Shown: piece after piece, positions 8,475-15,509 of the stretch
How positions within the stretch are numbered: position 1 is the first letter of the stretch
Layout of the letters: every line of letters begins with the position of its first letter
Assembly: GCA_039801565.1 (NCBI GenBank)
Contig: JBDRUX010000020.1
Location: 5,969-30,153, forward strand
Length of the DNA stretch: 24,185 nucleotides
Reading direction: 5' to 3'
Source of the DNA: a candidate division WOR-3 bacterium
GTDB taxonomy: Bacteria; Hydrothermota; Tepidihabitantia; Tepidihabitantales; JAOUPE01
The notes under the pieces: generated by a model
Database searches by the model: none
What the model was told of the DNA's origin: nothing
Seen by the model: only the letters and a program-made list of their open reading frames with translations
Translations under genes and position numbers: made by a program

Positions 8475-9071
8475 TTAGTGGGTTAAAAGAAGCTTTTTTA
8501 TCTTTTGATAATTATCGGCTTGGAATTTGAGGAAGTAGATACCAGAGGCGAGTCTTTTGCCAGCATTGTCATCACCGTGCCAGTTTATTGTATAAATACC
8601 GGATTTCATATTGCCGTAAGCCAGGGTTTTTACAACTCTGCCAGTCAAATCGTAGATTAAAAGTTTAGTAAAAGCATTCTCCTTTAGTGAGAAAAGAATC
8701 CTTGTCTTATGGGCAAAAGGATTGGGTTGAGGAGTATATAATTTTGTCTCGAGCTGATTCCAATTTGGTGCCTTTTCCGGTTCTTCAATTCCAATTTGGG
8801 GTTCAATCTGCCAGAAACCGATGAATGCCTGAAAGTTAGTTGTAGTTAAATGACCGATTGCAGTTTGACTGACTGAGACCTTGGATTGAAAATCAGTTGA
8901 ACTTAAAAATCCGCCACCGGCAGCAAACACATTCCAGTCACAGCGGTATTGTCCAAAACATAGTGAAGAGAGAGCAGTGAGGAGTGAGCAGTAAAAAAGT
9001 AGAAGCAATCCTTGAGGCAGTTTGAGTAAAAAATTCCGCATTTCGCATTCCAACTTCCGAATTCTAACCAT
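8475..9071 (-). CDS. Small secreted protein S1 (GFW domain + sorting domain)
   Basis: Start moved from 9122 to ATG 9071 (AAGGAG RBS), giving 198 aa like its paralogs. Confidence 0.85.
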   Translation of the reverse strand: MVRIRKLECEMRNFLLKLPQGLLLLFYCSLLTALSSLCFGQYRCDWNVFAAGGGFLSSTDFQSKVSVSQTAIGHLTTTNFQAFIGFWQIEPQIGIEEPEKAPNWNQLETKLYTPQPNPFAHKTRILFSLKENAFTKLLIYDLTGRVVKTLAYGNMKSGIYTINWHGDDNAGKRLASGIYFLKFQADNYQKIKKLLLTH

Positions 9072-9081
9072 AACTTCTCCT

Positions 9082-10656
9082 TTACTCAATAACCATCTTC
9101 TTGCTGATTGTTTTATCATCAACCATCAAGTGTACAAAGTAGATACCGCTTTTTACCGTTCGACCGTACTTGTCTTTTTTATCCCAAAGGATTGATGCCG
9201 GTCCTTTATTTCCCATTAGTTCGAAATTGCGCACTGCTTTCCCCGTTGCATCATAGATTTTTAATTTTCCATTTTTACCATTGGGGATTAAATATCTGAT
9301 AGTAGTCTGAGTTCTTACCGGATTGGGATAAATATCAAGGGTTAAATTGAAATAAATATTTGTCGGTTCGGTTATCGCTGCTAACTCATCACCAAGAGTG
9401 ACATTGTAGGAATAAGTGAGACTCTCAGCTGAACTTGTCCAGTGGGTTACGACCGGAATAAGGGCAATCGTATCATATTCCCAACCCGGAATTGTAATTC
9501 GACCGGTATCTTGAGTTGACTCAAGCGGAATTTTATATTCATATGAGATACCGCCTCTTTTTCCTATCACATAGGCTGACCATTCGTAGCCGTTCTCGCC
9601 ATCAAAGTATAAAGTCACTCGGTTATTGCCAAAGTTCCTGAATTGGATAAAATTACAGCCACCCGGACCGGAAGGATTAGAAGTTCCTTGATTGCCCGAA
9701 GCCGGATAGGTGCTGTGGGTTCTAAGGATAGTCGAAGTTACATAAGATGCTCCTTCGGAAAAATGATAAATGTCACCTCTATTTCCTGTGAAATATCGCC
9801 AGATAGCATAATGGCCAAGTGCTTTTTTAAGGTCTGAATCGTAATAAAGACGGAGTACCGAATCCATATCCTCAAGGGTGTGACCCTCAAAATGAATGCC
9901 GCACAGTGACCAAATTTGTCTTGGCAAAATAACCGACCAATATTCGCCTAAGAATCTTGGCCAGAGTCCACCAGCATATTCATAGCCATCGTCGTCACAT
10001 GTTATTTCGACATGAGGGTCTTCCAGTGGGTCAGGGTTATCACTACCTCCACCGACTCTTCCGTGGTCAACACCCATCGTAATCTTCTCCATCCACTCTG
10101 AGGTATTCTCATACCACCATCCTCCTTCATAACCACTACAACTGAATTGGCAAGCATGGTTAAATTCGTGGGCAACCAAGGGACGGGTCACTTGGCGATT
10201 CGGGTTGATTGTCAATTCAATCCAACTTGTCCAATCTTCTTGATTCGGGTCAGGACCGGGTTCGTCGGCGAAAGTTACTCCTAAGTAACCACCGGGATCA
10301 ACACCCATCAGGTATATATCATAACGATTGTCAACTCCGTGATTGTTGTCAGGCGGTGGCTCATCCCAACCTAAGGTATCAACCTGTTTCGCCCAACTAT
10401 GTTCTGCCCAAACTGAAACCGACTCGGCTTGAGCCCGAGTTACAGCACGAGTTCCGGTAGTATCAAAATGTATGACAAAGTGAGTAGAGTAGATATACTT
10501 TGGTCCATTCGGCGGTCTTGGGAATTTCATTCCGGCTCTCAGGTTTTGAAGCATTTTCAATGTTCCACATTCACCAATTAATTGGTCAACTGGAAGATTA
10601 GTTGCAAATAAATTCGCAAAGAGTAAGAGAAAAGAGAGATAAACGACACTTTTCAT
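9082..10656 (-). CDS. Secreted zinc metallopeptidase (gluzincin-like, resembles MXAN_6640 family) with C-terminal sorting domain
   Basis: Signal peptide. VAHEFNH (HExxH) plus downstream WWYENTSEWME Glu. C-terminal IYPNP..KIYDATGKAV..SGIYFV..KKMVI. Confidence 0.8.
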   Translation of the reverse strand: MKSVVYLSFLLLFANLFATNLPVDQLIGECGTLKMLQNLRAGMKFPRPPNGPKYIYSTHFVIHFDTTGTRAVTRAQAESVSVWAEHSWAKQVDTLGWDEPPPDNNHGVDNRYDIYLMGVDPGGYLGVTFADEPGPDPNQEDWTSWIELTINPNRQVTRPLVAHEFNHACQFSCSGYEGGWWYENTSEWMEKITMGVDHGRVGGGSDNPDPLEDPHVEITCDDDGYEYAGGLWPRFLGEYWSVILPRQIWSLCGIHFEGHTLEDMDSVLRLYYDSDLKKALGHYAIWRYFTGNRGDIYHFSEGASYVTSTILRTHSTYPASGNQGTSNPSGPGGCNFIQFRNFGNNRVTLYFDGENGYEWSAYVIGKRGGISYEYKIPLESTQDTGRITIPGWEYDTIALIPVVTHWTSSAESLTYSYNVTLGDELAAITEPTNIYFNLTLDIYPNPVRTQTTIRYLIPNGKNGKLKIYDATGKAVRNFELMGNKGPASILWDKKDKYGRTVKSGIYFVHLMVDDKTISKKMVIE

Positions 10657-10665
10657 TTTAGCTCC

Positions 10666-12444
10666 CTACCATTTTTTCGGAATTTCCGTTTTCTTTAAAG
10701 CGTCAATTTCCGTCGCTTCTTGTGAAATCGGTCTTATTTCCGGTCTTTTTTCGTAACCTTTTATTCGGCCAATTGCAATCCAGTCAAAAGTCGCATCTGA
10801 CTTGCCATTCAAGAGTTCCTTCACAGTGAATCCACTGGTTGATTTATTAGTGACAACTATCCCATTACATTCAGCCGTCGGCGTCACGATAATTCTTAAC
10901 GGCACCGCACTGGATAATGCTTCTTGAAAGGTTGGCTCAAAGGTTATTTGGGCTTGACCATTAGATAGTGAACCACTGCCCGAAGTCATAATCTCCAAAT
11001 CCGGAGTTGTCAAAGAGAAACCGGTTTTACCATCACCCAGCAAGGTTGACCAGCCACCGGTAGCATAACCATTGCCTTGAACATATAGCCCTTTGACACT
11101 CGCCCCAGTGCCAGTATTATTCCAAGCGGTTAGAGCATAATAGTCATTATTATTATTCCGAAAATAACCGCCACTTCTTGGGTTAGAGTTGCCATATACT
11201 GCTGCGGTTGCCGTAGTACCAGTATTACTAATCCAGACACCGGCATCAGCACCATAAGCAACATCAAGCCCGACCCGTGCCGAATCAACAAAAACCCCTC
11301 GGTCAGTAGCTCGATAAACCCTCAACCCTTTTCCAGTTCGGTTCACATATACACCATTATCACCGACGCTGTCAATATGAATTCCATCCGAGCCAGCTTT
11401 TGTTAATTGTATGCCATGAGTACCGGCATATCGTCTTAACCAAAATCCATAGCTTGTCGCTGAATCTACCTCAAGACCAGCACGGGTAGTCTTCCTAACA
11501 TAAAATCCAGAAGAATTTACTCCAGTAGAATCCACTGTGACTCCAGCACCTCTGCCCGTTTTTACCAAAAGACCAGGACCTCCTACCGCTGAAACTGAAA
11601 TTGCTGGACTATTAGTGACACCTGCAGTATTAGTAACATAAAGTATTTCACCAGGAGTTATGCCAGCACTTAGAGTGCAAGGTTTGGCAATGTCAACACC
11701 TCTTATTGAGCCATCAGCAATCTTTGCCGAATTGACCGCATTGTTGGCAATCGTCGGATTAGGATAAGTCCCAGTCAAATCACCACCAGCTGGACCGGTA
11801 GGTGGCCCACCAGCACTGTCATTTCTCGGTGCCCAAGCAGTTCCAGTCCACTTTATCACTTGTCCCGTGGTTGCACCGGATTGATTTATCTTAGCCATCG
11901 TCACCGCACCATCTTTTATCTTACCGGCAATAATCGTTGTATCTCGGATCTCAGCACTATAAATTGGCGGAGTGATTGGTCTTGTGATTGGGGCACTTGA
12001 GGCATAATTGGCACTATCGGCTTTTCGTGATTGATAAGCATAAGCCGAACTGACAATCCTGACTCTTGGTGTCATCGCTGGATTGGGATTGACCTGCATC
12101 TCCAAATAACAGTTACCAGCCTGCGGGATTGAATCAATCGGATTTAGAGAACCTAAGAGAACATTAAAAAGACCATTGTTGGTTTGGACATTTTCCGTCT
12201 CATTCCAAAAAGCAGTACCGCCACTGGCAACAGTAAAGAGCCGAAAGGTTATCGAATAAGTGCTATCCGGTACTGGATTACCCGTCGCATCAGTCAGTTT
12301 GCCTTGGTAGTTGAGCATTCGGGGAATCGTTAACATTTCGGGTGAATCAATCGCTTTTAATTGAGTCTGAGTATTGATTGTAGCAGTTTGGCTAGCCCAA
12401 GCGAGTGTAAGGGCTATGAGGATTGTTATGATGTAACGGCTCAT
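10666..12444 (-). CDS. Secreted fibre/adhesin-like protein L1 with beta-solenoid-like shaft
   Basis: Signal peptide. N-region nearly identical to L2. GxxVDS-type repeats. C-terminal GFTVKELLNGKSDATFDWIAIGRIKGYE, homologous to the L2 C-domain. Confidence 0.85.
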   Translation of the reverse strand: MSRYIITILIALTLAWASQTATINTQTQLKAIDSPEMLTIPRMLNYQGKLTDATGNPVPDSTYSITFRLFTVASGGTAFWNETENVQTNNGLFNVLLGSLNPIDSIPQAGNCYLEMQVNPNPAMTPRVRIVSSAYAYQSRKADSANYASSAPITRPITPPIYSAEIRDTTIIAGKIKDGAVTMAKINQSGATTGQVIKWTGTAWAPRNDSAGGPPTGPAGGDLTGTYPNPTIANNAVNSAKIADGSIRGVDIAKPCTLSAGITPGEILYVTNTAGVTNSPAISVSAVGGPGLLVKTGRGAGVTVDSTGVNSSGFYVRKTTRAGLEVDSATSYGFWLRRYAGTHGIQLTKAGSDGIHIDSVGDNGVYVNRTGKGLRVYRATDRGVFVDSARVGLDVAYGADAGVWISNTGTTATAAVYGNSNPRSGGYFRNNNNDYYALTAWNNTGTGASVKGLYVQGNGYATGGWSTLLGDGKTGFSLTTPDLEIMTSGSGSLSNGQAQITFEPTFQEALSSAVPLRIIVTPTAECNGIVVTNKSTSGFTVKELLNGKSDATFDWIAIGRIKGYEKRPEIRPISQEATEIDALKKTEIPKKW

Positions 12445-12526
12445 AAAACCTCCTTTTAGTAGTTAGAGTTTTTGCCCGTAATGGGCTTTATGGTTTTAGA
12501 GAATTTTGCCATAAAAGGCTCACTCC

Positions 12527-12555
12527 ATTTTACTAATGCTCGCTACTCTTGTCAA
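12527..12555 (-). promoter_or_regulatory. sigma70-type promoter of module A
   Basis: TTGACA (12550-12555), 17 bp spacer, TAAAAT (12527-12532). Confidence 0.8.
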
Positions 12556-12649
12556 GCGTTCGGCGGGGGCGAGCGTTTCCAGGCATTGTCCCATTTTATA
12601 AAACCGTGCCAGATATTCTATACTCCAGTGTAGGTAAGAATGGCACAAA

Positions 12650-12679
12650 AGACTCACTCTTTAGAGTGGGGTAATTCAC
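12650..12679 (+). mobile_element. Possible IS200/IS605 (tnpB-type) right-end remnant
   Basis: Hairpin CTCACTCT-TT-AGAGTGGG followed by GTAATTCAC, the pattern typical of IS605/IS1341 right ends. No tnpA or tnpB present. Confidence 0.45.
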
Positions 12680-12896
12680 TGATAACCCTGAATCAAATTC
12701 AAAATTGGGATGCAATTATATCCCAAAACTGGAATGAAACCATAAAGTTAAGTGGATATGAGAATTTTTGTCTTGCAGAATTGGGCAGTTCCCCTAAAAT
12801 TGTATCAGAGAGCGATTAGACCAAAACTGCAATTTATACTTTATCCTTTGAGTTTCCAAATCAATCTCCTGTTACGCTTCAGAAGGCATTTTGACA

Positions 12897-13268
12897 CTAA
12901 TTTCGTAACGCATCCAATATTTTTAATCTTTCTTTTGGTTGGTCGAATTGACCCTTCGCCGAATCAGATTCGGGTGGTGTTGGCGGTAGTACCACCAACT
13001 TTTCGTGCCTTTGTTTGAAATCAATCGCATCTAATTCTTTAAAAAATTCGACCCAGGAAGCACCGCAAGCACGAAGATAAAGGAGAATTAACCCTAAGGC
13101 TGGATTCTTTAATCTGCCTTTCTCCAAGTGGGAGATGTAACTGTCTTTTGTCTTAGACGATAATCCAATTCTCTCGGCAACTTCGGTTTGGGACAACCCA
13201 ACGCCTTCTCGGATTTTTCTTAAAATTTCTCCCATTTCTTTAGTAAAAATAAAGGACTTTTTTGGCAT
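12897..13268 (-). CDS. XRE-family helix-turn-helix protein, possibly C-terminally truncated
   Basis: LRKIREGVGLSQTEVAERIGL..SYISHLEKGRLKNP Cro/C1 HTH motif. Confidence 0.85.
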   Translation of the reverse strand: MPKKSFIFTKEMGEILRKIREGVGLSQTEVAERIGLSSKTKDSYISHLEKGRLKNPALGLILLYLRACGASWVEFFKELDAIDFKQRHEKLVVLPPTPPESDSAKGQFDQPKERLKILDALRN

Positions 13269-13275
13269 TAAAAAT

Positions 13276-13304
13276 ATTATAACGAAGTTGAAATATATTT
13301 CAAC
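13276..13304 (-). promoter_or_regulatory. XRE promoter with overlapping 18-bp palindromic operator
   Basis: TTGAAA (13298-13303), 16 bp spacer, TATAAT (13276-13281), ATG 7 nt later. Perfect palindrome GTTGAAATATATTTCAAC at 13287-13304. Confidence 0.7.
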
Positions 13305-13388
13305 CTAAAAATGACCGATTTTTTCGTCTATCTTGTTGGTCGTCCGTCGGTTACGCTAATTTTCCATTTGGGAGGGGGTATCGTATAG

Positions 13389-13640
13389 GGGGTGACCCCG
13401 TAGGTAGTCCCCTAAGCTATCCCGTAGGTTGCTTGGGGAGTTGCCTCGGGAGTGGGTTCGGGAGTTAGTTGGTAGGCAAGTTGGGGAGCGACTTCGTAGG
13501 CGACCTCGATAGTGACTCGGGAGGTCACTTCGGAAGCAACCTGGGGAACAAGCAGGGGAGTTACCCCGTAGGCAAATTCGGGAGCAATCTCGGGGATAAC
13601 CCCATAGGCTACCCGGGGAATTAGCCGGCAGGCAAACTTC
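13389..13640. repeat. Degenerate GC-rich tandem repeat, 21 x 12 bp
   Basis: Units such as ggggtgaccccg, taggtagtcccc, ggagttgcctcg, taggcgacctcg, ggagttaccccg, in unbroken 12-bp phase. Confidence 0.85.
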
Positions 13641-13880
13641 AAGTTTCTTACGGGTGTGACCCGTCTAAACACAACCTGTCGTAGGGCAAATTTTGTAAAT
13701 CAAATCACTGACTCATCGTTAGCGTATCAATTTTTGCTCTCTTCGCGGTTAATTTTAGTCGGTGTCAATCTGTGTTAATCTGTGGTTATTTTTTACTCCT
13801 GCTTACTCCGCGGTCTCTGCGGTTAATTTTTTAGTATCTTCATTGGTTAAATTCTTTTTGTGAATTGCTTAATTATACTA

Positions 13881-13909
13881 TTGACAAAAGTAATATGCTG
13901 ATTTATAGT
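13881..13909 (+). promoter_or_regulatory. sigma70 promoter of HEPN-MNT operon (probably leaderless)
   Basis: TTGACA, 17 bp spacer, TATAGT. ATG 7 nt downstream with no SD. Confidence 0.75.
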
Positions 13910-13916
13910 TTGAAAG

Positions 13917-14306
13917 ATGTCGAGCAAATTTAAACCATCCGAAGAATGGTTTAGGCAAGCTGATTATGATTTAGCCACTGCCCAGGTAATGTTTGAAACG
14001 GGCAGATATATTTACACTGTTTTTATGTGCCACCTTTCTATTGAGAAAGCACTCAAAGGATTATTTGCTAAGCGATTGAAGAAAGATCCACCTAAGATTC
14101 ATAATCTAAACTACTTCTGCGAAAAGCTCAGATTGGACCTTCCTGCAGACCTTCGGGAATTTGTTGATAAGTTAAACGATTTAAGTATTCCAACCCGATA
14201 CCCAGATGAACTTAAAAGGCTACTTAAAGATTATAAGAAGGAATCCACCGAAATGGTTTTAATTCGAACAAAGGAGTTACTGGTATGCCTGAAAAAGATG
14301 GTCTAA
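13917..14306 (+). CDS. HEPN domain protein
   Basis: EWFRQADYDLATA..FMCHLSIEKALKG..PPKIHNL..PTRYPD, the typical standalone HEPN pattern. Confidence 0.9.
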   Translation: MSSKFKPSEEWFRQADYDLATAQVMFETGRYIYTVFMCHLSIEKALKGLFAKRLKKDPPKIHNLNYFCEKLRLDLPADLREFVDKLNDLSIPTRYPDELKRLLKDYKKESTEMVLIRTKELLVCLKKMV

Positions 14307-14623
14307 AAACCCGGATTGGCAAAATATTAATAAGGTTGTGCCAGAGAAAAGGGATTAGTATCAACAAGATAGTCATTTTTGGCTCAATGGTAAAAGGGAC
14401 GCAAAAAAGATATAGCGATATTGATATAATAATTGTTTCTAAAGAATTTAGAAATAAGAGCATATTTGAAAGGGTAGAGCTTGCTAACGGGATTGGTCGA
14501 GAATTAGTAAAACGAACTAAAAAACCGTTTGATATTATGTATTATTCGGATATTGAATGGATAAAGGGAAATTCTTTAGTAATCAACGCCGCAAAACAAG
14601 CCGGAGAAGTTATTTTCGGCTGA
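14285..14623 (+). CDS. Minimal nucleotidyltransferase (MNT), HEPN partner
   Basis: IFGSMVKG..SDIDIIIV (GS-x10-DxD). Overlaps the HEPN 3' end by 22 nt. Confidence 0.9.
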   Translation: MPEKDGLKTRIGKILIRLCQRKGISINKIVIFGSMVKGTQKRYSDIDIIIVSKEFRNKSIFERVELANGIGRELVKRTKKPFDIMYYSDIEWIKGNSLVINAAKQAGEVIFG

Positions 14624-14651
14624 GCTGAGACTTTTCGGGGCATTTATTGAT

Positions 14652-14672
14652 TATCGAAACCCGGTTTCGATA
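14652..14672 (+). terminator. Palindrome after MNT (terminator or REP-like)
   Basis: TATCGAAACC-C-GGTTTCGATA, followed by a weakly T-rich tract. Confidence 0.45.
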
Positions 14673-14912
14673 GTTCCTTTCAGTGTTCTTAGTAATTATT
14701 TTCATCTCTGCTTTCTCTGTTATCTCTGTGGTTAAATTTTTCTTGGTTTCTCAGTGTTTATCCGTGTCCATCTGTGGTTAAAAGTGTAATCATTTTGATA
14801 CGCGATTTTAGCAAAAATGATACGGTTTTAGCAAATGCGGAACTGGGAATGCGGAATTGTGAATACAGAATATTGATTGCGGTGATAAAAGAAACGATTG
14901 CAACGATTTGAT

Positions 14913-14925
14913 TATCAATAAGTTA
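14913..14925 (+). promoter_or_regulatory. IHF-type binding site
   Basis: TATCAATAAGTTA matches WATCAANNNNTTR exactly, between upstream repeats and a sigma54 box. Confidence 0.55.
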
Positions 14926-14983
14926 TCGCTGGTATCAAAAAATCGCTATAATCAATCTCGCACTACCTGAAATTGCTGGGTCT

Positions 14984-14999
14984 TGGCACGCTTTTCGCA
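14984..14999 (+). promoter_or_regulatory. sigma54 (-24/-12) promoter
   Basis: TGGCACGCTTTTCGCA, with GG-N10-GC spacing. Confidence 0.65.
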
Positions 15000-15304
15000 T
15001 TATATCTTTCCGTATGGAAAAAGTTCTAACTCACTCTTATCTTTGTGAGGTCGAAACGACCGAAGCGACTTCGTGTTTTTTCACTAACATCTAACAACCA
15101 AAAACTAAAAACTGTTTTATTTGGCAGTGGTCTTTCTTTTTATTACTTTCCCTTGACGGGAGAGGGTAAGGGTGAGGGTGATAGATTTATCCACCGGTCA
15201 CCAGACCCTAATCACCAACCACTGCCTTATCTGGCGGCACCGAGCCAAAGACGAGAAAATGATGCTCTTCTGGTGCACAGGGTATCAAATTGGGAGGTTA
15301 AAAA

Positions 15305-15433
15305 ATGCAAAGAACTTTAATGATAACCGTCATATCGATACTTCTTCTCGCGGGTAAGGGATATAAGTTGGGGGTATTGAACAACCCAACCTTTATCTAT
15401 CGGAAAATGAAAGAATTGGGCATTGAGATTTAA
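15305..15433 (+). pseudogene. 42-aa chimeric ORF: signal-peptide-like start fused to a Fis-HTH-like tail
   Basis: GGAGG RBS. MQRTLMITVISILLLAGKGYKLGVLNNPTFIYRKMKELGIEI*. Confidence 0.4.
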
Positions 15434-15509
15434 CTAACCAACAACAATTAACCCACGATTTCATAGTCTATTGCGATAAGAACCTGAATTCTTATTAAAA
15501 GGATTTTTC

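Noticed and set aside
5564..10460. Short ORFs overlapping S2, L2 and the peptidase
   Set aside because: Alternative-frame or antisense shadows of well-supported genes, with no RBS or motifs.
1..12444. Prophage tail module, diversity-generating retroelement or shufflon
   Set aside because: The proteins have signal peptides and no capsid or tail genes are present. There is no reverse transcriptase, no adenine-specific repeat pair seen, no recombinase and no inverted cassettes.
12596..12612. TGGCACGGTTTTATA on the minus strand as a sigma54 promoter
   Set aside because: The -24 box is good but the -12 GC is missing, and a strong sigma70 promoter lies closer to L1.
13389..13640. CRISPR array
   Set aside because: Contiguous 12-bp degenerate units, no repeat-spacer alternation, no cas genes.
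13412..13672. 86-aa ORF as a confident CDS
   Set aside because: An open frame is expected from a 12-bp repeat, the periodicity runs through the stop, and there is no clear RBS.
15045..15357. ORFs 15045..15320 and 15172..15357
   Set aside because: They run through short repeat fragments and show no protein-like motifs.
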